Source: the human T2T-CHM13v2.0 reference genome, Homo sapiens
Reading direction: 5' to 3' (one strand)
Assembly (NCBI RefSeq): GCF_009914755.1
Contig: NC_060938.1
DNA length: 64,000 nucleotides
The translations under genes were made by a program, and so were the position numbers. Every line of letters starts with the position of its first letter. Positions within the stretch are counted from its first letter, which is position 1. Positions 13,850 through 25,483 of the stretch are shown here, piece after piece. The notes below the pieces were generated by a model, which saw only the letters and a list, made by a program, of their open reading frames with translations, was not told the DNA's origin and did not search any database.

Positions 13850-14445
13850 AGCAATGTGGGATGTCCTGCACGTGGGCTCCGGAGTTAACAGAGGTGGGTT
13901 CTAAGTCAGGGTCATCACTTGCTTACTGAGCAACCTCGGCCAAGTTACTTATCCTCTTTGGGTTTTTTGTTAGTTTGTTCGTTTGTTTGTTTGTTTTAGA
14001 CAGGGTCTTGCTCTGTTGGCCAGGCTAGGGTGCAGTAGCAAGATCACGGCTCACTGCAGCCTCAACCTCCCAGGCTCAATCAATCCTCCAACTTCCCAAA
14101 GTGCTGGGATTACAGGCATGAGCCACAGCATCCAGCCAACTTTATACTCTTCCCCCACTCCCCACCCACCTGGGTCTCACTCTGTCACCCAGGCTGGGGT
14201 TGGCTTACTGTAGCCTTCACCTCCCAGGCTCAAACAATCCTCCTACCTCAGCCTCCCGAGTAGCTGGGACTAGAGGCACGTGCTACCACGCCCAGCTAAT
14301 ACTTACCCTCTTTGAAGTGGAATCTACATCAGTAAAATGGGAGCACTTCCCAATCAAGGCTGATGGGATTAAAACTGAGCATGTACCAAATGTAGCATCA
14401 TGCCTGGCGCACAGTGAATGCTTCACAAATTCAAGGAATATCATC
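13850..14445. mobile_element. MIR interrupted by two Alu monomers (FLAM-like ~13965-14137 and right-arm ~14172-14300, both minus)
   Basis: MIR 5' part ends at aagttacttatcctcttt and resumes at acttaccctcttt...gtaaaatggg. Confidence 0.7.
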
Positions 14446-14986
14446 ACCATCACCTCTCTTAATTATAAATGCCTTGAGTACATGAACTGCAACATTCAAT
14501 TCTGTATCCATATATATGCAAGAAAAGCTCACAGTTAACCCCTTAACTCGTGTTCATTACATTGAATTGATGAACCATTACCCAAGTACAAAAAGCACCA
14601 AAAGCTCCCACTTGAATAACCGTAAATCTAGCGACAGGGTTGCTTATGAGGAACAATGACTGTATCTCAGTTTGGGTTCTGCGGTTGGTGTGTGAACTGC
14701 CTCTCCTGTTTCGGGACTAGGTTTTTTCTGCCTCCAGCATGACGTCAAACCCTGGACTTGTGCTGCACTGCTCCCTGGATCCAGACATTAAAACCAAAGC
14801 CAGTGACCGCCGAGCACAGCAGCTTCCCCCACATGGGCCATGACTGCTTCCTCCGACCAAGGAAGTGCTTGGGCAGCTTCCTTCCAGAACACTTGTTCGT
14901 CTGTTCACTCACTCAAACACTCATTTACTCATTCCTACTCAGACTGTTCTGTACAGGATTTAAGGTAGTTAACAACAGCAAAACAT

Positions 14987-15011
14987 ACACACACACACAC
15001 ACACACACACA

Positions 15012-15046
<35 letters not shown>
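14987..15046. repeat. Compound (AC)n(TC)n microsatellite
   Basis: Directly visible. Confidence 0.97.
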
Positions 15047-15047
<1 letters not shown>

Positions 15048-15772
15048 TAAAAATGAAACCTCAGGGCCAGGAAATTTGTAAGATACATTTTAGGATGAAA
15101 AATAAAAACACAACCACGAGAGGTCAAATCTCAGCATAAGAAACCCCAAATGACTTGTTTTAAGCTAATATAAAAGTAGATGCTCAATACAAATACTTAA
15201 CTCTTTCTGGGCATGAAATAAGAGGCTGTAGCCAGGAACATTTTGTGTTCTACACAGATTCTGTTTGCAATGTTATTTACTCTAACAGGATGCTTGGCAT
15301 TAAAATGCTTGCTGGCAATTTCAGATTTAGAATGCAGAGTAGGTTAACAAATAAAGTCCTACGGTCCACGTATGCCACAGCTGACTACACAACATCACAG
15401 CATCAACTGATCCTGAACTGCTCTATGTAAGTGAAAAAGACTAGTGCCCCGTGAGTGAAATGAGGCTCTGTCAGGCTACAAATGTAGAATTTTGATATAT
15501 TTACCCTATCCAAGATGTTTTAAGTTTTCTTCAAATGCAGTTGAGAATTATTTGCGTATTACAAATTAATACTGACAACACATCGAGGATTTAATAAAAC
15601 ATTTCTAGGGTAAAACAAATCTATTTCTTCTTTCTCCAGTATTGTATCTTCTCTCTTCCCAAAAGTACTGTAGTTTTAATCCACTTTACCTTTAATCTGA
15701 ATCCCTATGCTTTACACTTTCATGATTTAAAAAGAAAAAAGTCAACATCTCTTTTTTCCTGAAATGACTTAC

Positions 15773-15858
15773 CTTCAGTCATACAGAATACTCGGAGAAA
15801 AGCCAAAAGCTGAGCAGAGATGGGCGGCTCGGTAAAATGCAATGCAAAAACACTGGAA
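15773..15858 (-). CDS. SETD3: SETD3 exon 11 (T)SSVFALHFTEPPISAQLLAFLRVFCMTE(E)
   Basis: ttatcag|TTCCAG acceptor and CTGAAG|gtaagt donor; 86 nt; phases fit both neighbours. Confidence 0.97.
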
Positions 15859-16749
15859 CTGATAAAAGCAGAAAGCAAGATCAGTCACCCTGCTGCGGTT
15901 ACCCACTTGCTCCAAACTGAGATTCCTTAAGTCTACAGCACGTGTGGTTGTCCTCAAGGAGAGCTGAGCTGGAATGGGTCATTCCAGCTCCTCATCTCAA
16001 CTGTGAGCACGATTTTCAGCCCCTGCAAAAGGCCGCAGGCTGGGGCGGAGGCAAGCGGACATCCAGAATTGGAGACCATCCTCACAAGCTTTTCCTAGAG
16101 CCTAACAGCTGTAATCTCAGGTTGCACATAATACATTCAAAAATTAAACATACACATGGTTTTTAAAAAGTGTTAATAATTTATGTTGAGTTCACACTTT
16201 AATCATTAATCAAATATTGACAAGTTCAATAAAAAAAAGGTCTGCATAATCCATTTTCATTAAGAATGGTTCCTCTATTCCCTGGAGAACTAATGAATCC
16301 TAATTCCTGTCTTCTTTATCATTTTATGCCTCAAATGCAAGAAAATCTTAAAGAACTTAACTAGAAATTCTTGAAATCACTGAGGATCATGACTTCATTA
16401 CAGAAACTAATGGTAGCAACGAATTAAATGAAACAAATTGATCCAGGCCATTAACCTTTTCAAGGTGAAAGACATGAATGATACGAAAGTAGTTATTTAA
16501 CTTAATGAGGATTTCAGGCCATATCCCCCAGAACTGACTGTGAATGCGCCCAACGACACAATTATGTTTACCTGAAAACGCTGGTAAGCCACCAAGCGTC
16601 GCCATGGCTTAAATTTGCTGTGCCACGGGGATAAACGGATTAAGACAAACTACTGGAGAGAAGTTTTATTAACACACCAATTAAACACTATGCAACTGGA
16701 AATAGTTCAAGTACTGCAAGAAAGGGCCAACCGATGTTTTTCTACGTAC

Positions 16750-16916
16750 GTGGGGATGCCGGCACGAGCCAAGACCTCGGCCTTCATGGCGTAGAGTCTG
16801 TCACTTTTACTCACTCCAAGCTTTATTTTCACTCTGTCGTGTGAGTTATTGTCAAAGAAAAAACCACTGTGGATCACAAACTCTGCGTTGGATCGAGTGC
16901 CATAAAAAATGTAAAT
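16750..16916 (-). CDS. SETD3: SETD3 exon 10 IYIFYGTRSNAEF...LARAGIP(T); includes the conserved SET-domain Tyr (Y313)
   Basis: tctcag|ATTTAC acceptor and CCCAC|gtacgt donor; 167 nt; within ORF 16707..16949. Confidence 0.98.
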
Positions 16917-18060
16917 CTGAGATGCAGTAAAGAAAAAAGAAAAGGGCATTAGACAAACTTGGCATGTATTCTTAACACAGGGCAGGGCAGAGGCTTAGTG
17001 CTACTTTACATTTAGACACGAAATAGCTGAAAGTATTGATACACCTGTTTGGTATAGGTTGCAAGGGTGAAGCTGTGCAATTTTCCCAACTTTCCAAACT
17101 GTCTGAGACCAAGCACCCACTTCCACCACCGTGTGGAGAGGAGAGGGGAGGCCAGGAGAAAGTACCACCAAAGGCCTTACTAGTACTCAAAGGACCCCAG
17201 GTGACCTGGGGTCACCAGGCCTCTATTATAAACCTCTTCTCCTTCCAAAGGACAGCAAGGCTATTACTATAAGACTGTATTTTAAAATTCACCAAGTTCT
17301 TCCTGTCCTTTTAATACAGCAGGGTCTCTTCTGGAACTGTAAAGCAGTATCTGTCAGAAACTTATTTCTAGATCCTCTGGCAATTAATCCTGCACCTGGC
17401 AGGTGGGTTTATAAACTTTTCTGAAGAAGGAACAGATCAGTACTTTGCTAGGCAAGTATTTTTCATTTTGTCTCAACTGGAATGTCAATTATGGATGTGA
17501 GTTCCATGACTGTACTGTCTGCTTGGGTGTAGACTGATAGAATGTAGGAATTTATAGACACGTATTTTCAAACTCACCCAAAGGCTTACCCCTCCTCCCA
17601 CCCAAACTACTAGATTAAAAAATCAGAGATTAAAATGAAAGTATAAGACAACAGATTCCCTTGCTTTTGCCCCTTAAATACTCTTATAAAGTTCTAATCA
17701 GTAGAAAAAATAAAGGCAACAGTTTATGAAATGTTAAACATTGTTTAGTGTCATAACACACTTTATTTTCAGTTAAGAGTGTTACAAATATTTACAAATA
17801 TTAGGCCAATTGTGCAACTAACTGTGTTTAAATCTTTTTCTCTGTGGACCCAAAGCACAATGCAAAGCACAAGTGAGTAAAGCACAAGTGAATATGTGTA
17901 CTACGGGTTCTGGTCTCAAGATGTGTTCCAGAAAAACAATCCTCAATGTGAATTCCACATTTTTTCCCCTAAGTTAAGTTCCTTTTTAAGATTACCAACA
18001 CGGTGTTAACGTTAGTGCCCACTGGCTGGCTCACATTTTGTGAGATGCCACGAGACCCAC

Positions 18061-18135
18061 CTGCTCTCCAGCCCGAAAATCCTGCAGAGCCACACACTCA
18101 CAGCGGTCATCTTCCAGGTTGTAACCAGTAGTGAT
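18061..18135 (-). CDS. SETD3: SETD3 exon 9 ITTGYNLEDDRCECVALQDFRAGEQ
   Basis: ggctag|ATCACT acceptor and GAGCAG|gtgggt donor; 75 nt, phase 0/0. Confidence 0.97.
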
Positions 18136-21100
18136 CTAGCCCGGGGAGGAGGAAGGAAATGATGGTGAGGCAAACACACGCACATCTCACTTAATCTACA
18201 AGCTTGTTTCTGGCAATCAGAGGAAAAAGGGGATCCCAAGGTACTCAAAAGGTGGCATCTGAATGCTTTGGAAAATGGGGCAAAGAACTGCTTGAGCACT
18301 GAGGTTAACTCTAGTTATATCAGAGATGATTATGGAAAATTACATACCTGAAATAAAGGAAGCACAGTTAGATAAAGAGACTATATAGATTGTCACTTGC
18401 TGGACTCAACAAAACATAATCGCCTCTGGGCCTCCCTGGTGGCAGTGAGGGCAGTGAGCCCACAGGCCACGCCTCCCACAGGTGCACCTAAGCCTCCTTT
18501 CTGTTCACTGACGATCTGCACTATTCTCATTCATTTGCAAGTATTATCTTTATCTAATGTTTGGCCATTAAGAAATCCAAGTGGGTGTTCCATTGGATAA
18601 AGAATCAGGGAAAAGAAAAGCTCTATTTCTGAATTATGGATATATGCTCTGAATTAAAGAAATTAAAACTTTCAAGCACGCAAAGGCAAAATAAAATAAC
18701 TGCTGTTTTTTATGCCCTCTCTTTCTGCTGAGAAATACAATGTGAGAGTTTCTAAGTCCATTACAAATAAATATAGAAAATCCTCTCATTATACCCCAAA
18801 CCTGCGTCTCCTTCTAAGCTCCCCCGTCTTAGTGAAGGTCAGCCAATGTCATGGCCTCAGCACACAAGTTACAAGGAAACCCTCGCGTCTCACCTGGTCA
18901 GCATTTCATCTTGTAAATACTGTTTGGACTTTCTTCCTCATTCCTCTGCATGGCTATAGTCCTTATTCCTTCTCACCTAGCTTGTTATTTGCAAAAACCT
19001 TCCAACTCTTGGAACCTAGTCTCAAAATCCAATACTGTCCTTCTGGAGTTGCTAATTGTACGATGTCACTCTCCTGTTCAAAATCTTCCTATGATTCCGC
19101 TCTGCCTTCGGAATAAACCCCAAGTTCCTGAGCACGGCCGAATAAGGAGGCGGCTCACGCTTCCCTCCAGCTTCAGGAACTGCCACCCACCTGCCATCCC
19201 AGTTCCCTCCTGCCTGACACTACCTTCTACTCCTGTTGTGGCCTGGCTTCTCAGGGAAGCCCCTCCTTACCCTGCCCTCCTGTGCACTCCCACAGCCCAG
19301 TCCTTATGCGCTCCAGCCCAAGTCACATTATCTGTGCACCTGCCTCCCCGTCGGTCACACTTGGAAGCTGGAGCCCCTTGTTGATCTCTGTGTCCCGAGT
19401 GCTCAGCACACAGAACCTAAAACCTGAAGTGGTCTTTGAGAATATTCACGTGATGCATGAACCCCCAGGGGAAAGGAAAGGGTCCCCAGCTTCTATTAAA
19501 ACCTCCTTCTCAGAGTCCTGTCTTTTAGAGCAGCGCCCAATCTCTTAGGTTGTCTGTCGATGGTCACTGATTACTTTTTGACCTACTCATTTTATCCTGG
19601 AGAATCAAAGATTCACAGCAGCTACAAGTGCTCCTTGCTAATAAGGTATCAATAGCTTGGATTCAAAAGATGACTTCTGAGTCTAGGGAATGGCATTTTG
19701 GGATGGAAGGCCATGTAACACTAATCTTTAAACTCAATATCCCAAGAATAAATATGGTTTATTAACCATATGTCTAAATTTCCTTCATGCTTCTGATCTG
19801 CAAAGACCAGTGATAAATATGCAGCAATGAGAAATAAATGAAGCCAAGTATTCTAGAACATTTCACTCGCAGAACATTTTAAACACTTCAATTGAATGAA
19901 AATCAACTCCATGAAGTTCCTGCCCAACATCGGATGTACTTTTCTGACCCCAAAACATCACCTTGACAACAAAGTGGAATGAGAAGCTGCCCATATCATG
20001 AACTCCCAGGAGGGAGTCCAGGCACTCCCAGGGTGCTGGCAGTACAGGTACACAGGGACCTGCCAGCAGCACAAACAGGAGGGAGGTTAGAGGAAGGAAG
20101 AGAAAATTTAGGGAGATTGTGGAGAAAGGATTATGGGTGTTTAAGGGTATTTTACAGATATTTCCCACTCTCAGCAAACGTCAAGCTCAAGAAATAGTTT
20201 AACATGTCCACAGCAACCCGGACAGGCAAACAGGCTGGGATCCTGCCCCGGTCTGCAGCCCTTTCTCAGCAAGGGTCAGAATGTTTGGAGGCTGAGTGTC
20301 TAACTTCTTTGTGTGGCACTGCCAAACACTTCCTCTAGGACGGTATCAAGTGTGTCTCAGTGCAAAGAAGTGCAGGCGGAAGCACAGGCCTCGCCCCTCC
20401 CTTGCCTGAAGCCAGGTTTCTAGAGGACTCTCTCAGAGCAGAGCCCTCCCAGGGTGGGCCTGCAGAGGGGCCTTCCAAGGCTGTAAGGACCCCACTGCTC
20501 AGCAAGGGCCTTCTGGCAGGAGCCCCAGGAAATTACCACCTACGCCCAGAAATCTGCAGACGCTGACCAGGTCTGACTTGAAGCCCAGACTAGGAGAGGA
20601 GGGGTTGGGAAGGCCAGGGCTGGTCCAGGGGCAGCCACCCGATGTCAAGCAAGGACAGGGTCCTTCCACCTCCTCCTCGCCCAGCTCCACGTGCCGCTTC
20701 CTGCCTCCCACACTGCCAGCTAACTTCCCTTCTACAATACTGAGTGCCATACTATGCCAGGCCCTAAGCGAGGCACTTGGAAAATGGCATGAAAAGTCTC
20801 AGTCCCTACCCATAGGGACATCTAGTGGAAAAGACACAGGGAGAAAAAAATTTATATATATACGTATATATAAAAGCAAGTGGAACTGAGAATAGCCCCA
20901 CAGGAGTCTCAAGTGTGCCCAGGGGAGGGGAGCGGGTGGCAGCCGGAGTTTGTTGGCAATGCTGGAGGAGGAACCCAGCAGGGAGTGGAAGCCTCCAGCA
21001 GCTCCATGGAGCCCTGCTCCCTGAAAGCCACCACCTGCCTGCAGCGCACACCACTCACATCTGTGGCTGGCTTGGTAACTCAATGGCACACTTGGTGCAC

Positions 21101-21413
21101 AGCTGTATTCTAGTTTCGTTTACATATTAAAAGTAACATAGGAGGAAGAGCACGATATACATACACACACATCCCTAAGATGGAAACAGAGTGAGGACCA
21201 TTTACATTTTCTTCTCTGTGTTTTTCAAATTTTCTTCCACAAATATGTATTATATTGATTTCATGGGGGGGGGGAGGATAAAGTAATACAGGCTCATCAA
21301 ATAAAATTTGGAAAATATTTTTTAAAAAACAAAGAAAAAAGATCACAATCACGTTAACATTTTGGTTTATTTCTTTCTGATCTTTTTTCCTAGGCATGGG
21401 GCTTTTACAGTCA

Positions 21414-21419
21414 TTTATT
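21414..21419 (-). terminator. AATAAA poly(A) signal for the short-isoform terminal exon (second copy at 21366-21371)
   Basis: tttatt on the + strand, ~300 nt after the TAA of the alternative exon. Confidence 0.6.
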
Positions 21420-21718
21420 TACCGGTCATGAATTCATTAAAAACCACAGCGATATAGCAATGAGCAAAACAGACCCTCCCCCAAAATCACCCTGCGTTCA
21501 TGGATCTTCCATTCTAATGGGAGGCGGGGGGGTGAACCAACAATAATTTTTTAAAAAGGCAGAAACAAGCGGATCTGGACAATAGAGGGAAATGTAACAG
21601 GACAGGGCAGGAGGGCGGATGAGCTGGAGGCGTAGTCATTCCACATAGGGTGCTCAGGGCAGCCACGCTGGAGGAGGTCTATGAGTGAGTCCCGTAAGTG
21701 CCTAAGGAATGGGGGGTC

Positions 21719-21760
21719 TTAGGCAGAGGCGACAGCAAGAGCGAAGGAATCTTCTGGTGT
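21719..21760 (-). CDS. SETD3: Alternative terminal exon of a short SETD3 isoform (TPEDSFALAVASA*, 296-aa product)
   Basis: tattcttcag|ACACCA acceptor in phase 0 with exon 8; TAA at 21719-21721; AATAAA downstream at 21414-21419 and 21366-21371; peptide matches my recollection of the short SETD3 isoform C-terminus. Confidence 0.85.
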   Translation of the reverse strand, partial: TPEDSFALAVASA

Positions 21761-24469
21761 CTGAAGAATAGCAGGGAACCAGAGGTGAGTCAGACCTGTG
21801 TGCACGGAGGGTGTGGGGGGACAGGTTGTTCGGAGAGACTTGTCTGCTATTGTAAAAATGGGCTTTTGAGACTGTAAGACTCATCTAAATATAAATGTTT
21901 TAGATTTTTTTTTCAATACACAAACAGAAGGACCCTGAAAAAGAACTTCCCTCCGTTGTGCCTGAATTTCCAGCTGCCCTTTCATCCCACCTGGTAGAGT
22001 CGCAGATTCAAATGCAAGCACTGATTATTCCAACATACTCTCTGTATGGGAACTAATACCACTGTCTAACAGTCACTTAGAAGTATCCTTGTCATATCAA
22101 CCGAAAAATCCTCAACAAAGGAAACCTGCTGCTTACATTAAGTTTGAACAAATCATGCAAGATATAAAGATGTGTTGTTTCTTCCAGCTTAGTACCACAC
22201 CTTATAACCCTTCCTACATTTATTTCTCTGAGTGGCTAGGAAATTAGTTTATATTCACCAGAATCTCTAGCCTAGGTGTTCATCCAGCCCCTTACTTTCT
22301 TTAGCATTTCCTTGCTGTCACTGGTTTGGAATTACTGTTACTGACTTGATTCTTCTGTTTCTACTACCATAATCAGGTTTTTGGGATATTGTTAGAAGCA
22401 GACAGCGTTGCTGGGTTACAAATTCTACCTACTCCCTGAGTGATAGTCAGGGTAGACTGACAATAAGAAGATGATCGTCAGGATAGACACACACAAAAAA
22501 GAAAATCTCGTCTTAAAAGCCAAGCCTTGATTTCAAGACTTTATTTTTAAAAAGACATTAACTGTAATATATATCATAAACAACTTTGTAGTGTTAAAAA
22601 ATAGAATTTCTTAAATTCTACTCCAGTAAATTTCCCATGAGATCTTATAATTACAATGGGAAACAGTTCAACAAGAGTGCAGAGTGCAGAATGTCAGGAA
22701 CATAACCACTGTAAGACAAAGTACCAGCATCCTGAATAAACCTTCTACAGGTTAGCAATGTTTCTGCCAGGACTGTGGTAGGTTAAAAAGTATGTAGTCG
22801 TATTAGGGAAAACACAGCACTGGTTGTCATCAATTTCTTTATTTTGAGATAAACTAACCTCTTTTTTTTTTAACACTTGGTAGGGAAAAAGGAATTGTTT
22901 TATCCCATTTACATGGAAGCTAAACAAAAACCAATGTGCAGATGAGTGTGTGAGGTGCCAATGGATGGAAGCTTCGCTAGGGACCACGGTGGCCTGGTGG
23001 CGGCCTCAACACCATCAGGTGGACTGTGGGGCTGGGGGTAGGGCACTGCTCACCTTGCTACAGAGGTTCCTGGGTTAATTCTTTTTGTTTGTTTAGAGTA
23101 AAGCCAAGCATTATTGCTTTAATTTTATTAAAAAGAACTCTAATAATCAATTGAGTTTGGGAACAAATGATCTCATTCAAAAAAAGAAGAAGAAAAACAC
23201 TACAGTCAGATATTAAAAGCTATTTGAAGATTTCTTAAATTTCAAGCTTACCGTCAATTTAAAATAACTCTGAAGAAAAACAAAACAAAAAATGTAAAAT
23301 TATATTCATTAATGAAAATAAGTTATAAAACATGCTATTATGTTTTAGTATTCATTACTAATTAAATTAACCATATCTAAATTAAGGCCAAAATGTAATT
23401 ATAAAAATGGAACTATTCTTTCTTGCCACAATTTAAATACTTTTAAGATTCAAGAACATACTTGTTGCTAGACCTTCCCAAATTAGCACTAGGATATTCT
23501 GTCTTCAGTGTCTGGCGCACACTACGTGTGTTCTGGCCATTCCAGGGAATTCAATGTGAAATAATCATTCACGGCATTTCTTTATTCTATTTATAATACT
23601 GCTAATAACAAGGAAAGCTGACAGAGAAAAGATGAACATAAAACCTAATCAAACAGTATACTAGTATAAAGTATGATATTTCAAAATGATCTGAAATGTA
23701 TCTTATTTCTGCCTACTAATATCAGGAAATCTTTATCAGACAACCCTCTCACAGAGCACAGAGCGCTTCACCTATGCTGCTGCCCGGAATCCAAAGAATG
23801 TGGAGAAACAGAGCCTGCCTCCACCTCTTCCCAGCTGTGGGGGACCATAATAATACAACTTCCTCCTCCCCAGGCTTCCCAGGTATGATGATGCCAGCTG
23901 ACTCCTGCAGTCAAGGGCGAGGAGCCCAAGGCATGAGCCCCCTCCTCCCGCCCCACAGCACCAGGGAAAGCAAGTAACAAACACAGGTTCATAAACATGG
24001 CCAGGGATTCGTCAGCCCATCAGGGGAAGGGACCGGGGACAAGAAAGAATCAAAGGTACAGAACTGGAAACAGAGTGTCAGCAAAGAAAAGAAGACACAA
24101 AAGGGAAAATGAGAAATATGATTTTTTTTCCCCAATAAATGAGCATTTTAAAGAGAATAAGTAAAAAGAAACTTTGGTTTAGTCTGTGGTACAATAAGAT
24201 AAGAAAATGAATGTTGAGGCTGGAATTATGGCTTAGCAAACACATGTAGTTCACTGTGGCTTTTGAAAATGGTATAAGATTCAAGCTCCCAGTTTTCAGT
24301 ATTAGTCAATGCAGTAAAAGAAAAATACCAGCTTCTATCTGTGGGCGGTGGGGAGGAGTGGCCGGTTCGGTTTTGTTTGTTCCTTTTGGAGGGAGGCAAC
24401 GGGGGGAGTACGATGGGTAGGTGGAATAACAGCCCCCTCCCAAAGCTTAGCAACAACAGCCTCCCAGAT

Positions 24470-24499
24470 TCAACACAACACAGGGGAAGAGGTCGTTAC
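24470..24499 (-). CDS. SETD3: Exon 8 read-through into the intron, giving VTTSSPVLC* (292-aa product)
   Basis: In-frame GTA ACG ACC TCT TCC CCT GTG TTG TGT TGA follows the exon 8 donor; actual use cannot be shown from DNA. Confidence 0.5.
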   Translation of the reverse strand, partial: VTTSSPVLC

Positions 24500-24614
24500 C
24501 AGGCCGTTGGTGTGGTTACACATATCCCATAAAGGAATCAGAGCCAGGGTCACGCGGGAACCATCCTCTGTGGGAATTTGGTTTTGCCTCGTCATAACAG
24601 AAGAGACTGCCCAC
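24500..24614 (-). CDS. SETD3: SETD3 exon 8 (R)WAVSSVMTRQNQIP...PLWDMCNHTNGL; SET-domain core with the NH motif
   Basis: ttatag|GTGGGC acceptor and GGCCTG|gtaacg donor; 115 nt. Confidence 0.98.
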
Positions 24615-25424
24615 CTATAACAAGATAAATGGTGACTTAAGGTTGGAACATTTAAAAGCCAATTGCAGTAAGAAATAACATAACCAAAAATTTAGGTTTG
24701 ATCTCTTACAAACGTACAAAGTCTTTTCCTAAGTAACAAAGGTAATGTTTGGCCTTCATCATCATTTAAAAACAAACCCAGGGTTTGAAAGAGCCAGGGG
24801 AAATGCAGGAGTGAGTGTTTAAGGCAGACTGTTCCCAAGAAGCAGAGCCAGAAGGACGGCTTTGCGCAGGGCTCAGGCCCCTTCCCGGATCTTCGTGACT
24901 CACAAAATCCACTCCCCGACACCCCCCAACCCAACCCTCTTTTGCCCAAATGCTGACTCTGCACCTATTTTAAGCCTCATTGAAAAGCAAACCATAAAAC
25001 TCCTTTCTGATCAGAAATCCTCTATGAATTGTAAGAAATGTAAAATGTGACTTTTTTATTACACTGTGCAGTGAATTAAATCTCTCCGTTCAAAAAAAGT
25101 CCCCATTTTACACTAACATAGTCTTTTTTAAATAAGAAAAGAAAAATCCATAGGACCACCCAACACTAATGTTAATCTCAAGTAGCATTTGGCTACCTCA
25201 GCTAATCCCCTGCCATGACAGGTTAATGGCAATTTCTACATGGCTATGAAAATGCTGATACTTATCCAAGCTGCTCCTGATAACTTCTGAAAGATGAGCT
25301 CTGTTTGGATGCTTTAACGGTCACAGCAGGTCACTTCTCACTGAAGCCCTTCCCTCCCTTCCAGGATCCCACTTCACTTAGAAACCACCCTCAATACACA
25401 GACACACTCACAGCCCACACCAAC

Positions 25425-25483
25425 CTGTAGTCCTCGTAAGTGAAAGAATCCTTCAAGGGTAGTTTGTTGGCATGAGGATGGGT
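25425..25483 (-). CDS. SETD3: SETD3 exon 7 THPHANKLPLKDSFTYEDY(R)
   Basis: ttcccag|ACCCAT acceptor and TACAG|gttggt donor; 59 nt. Confidence 0.97.

Larger units (their letters stand above)
21410..21870 (-). mobile_element. L2 3' fragment hosting the alternative terminal exon
   Basis: cctgcgttcatggatcttccattcta; agggtgctcagggcagccacgctggaggagg; aggcagaggcgacagcaagagcgaagg are collinear with the reverse L2a 3' consensus. Confidence 0.7.

Noticed and set aside
17853-17892. Short tandem duplications (aaagcacaagtga here; ttaaactgtagaa at ~26801; tggtgagaaacagga at ~60857) as possible CRISPR-like or functional arrays
   Set aside because: Only 2-3 adjacent copies with no unique spacers; ordinary slippage duplications in a eukaryotic genome
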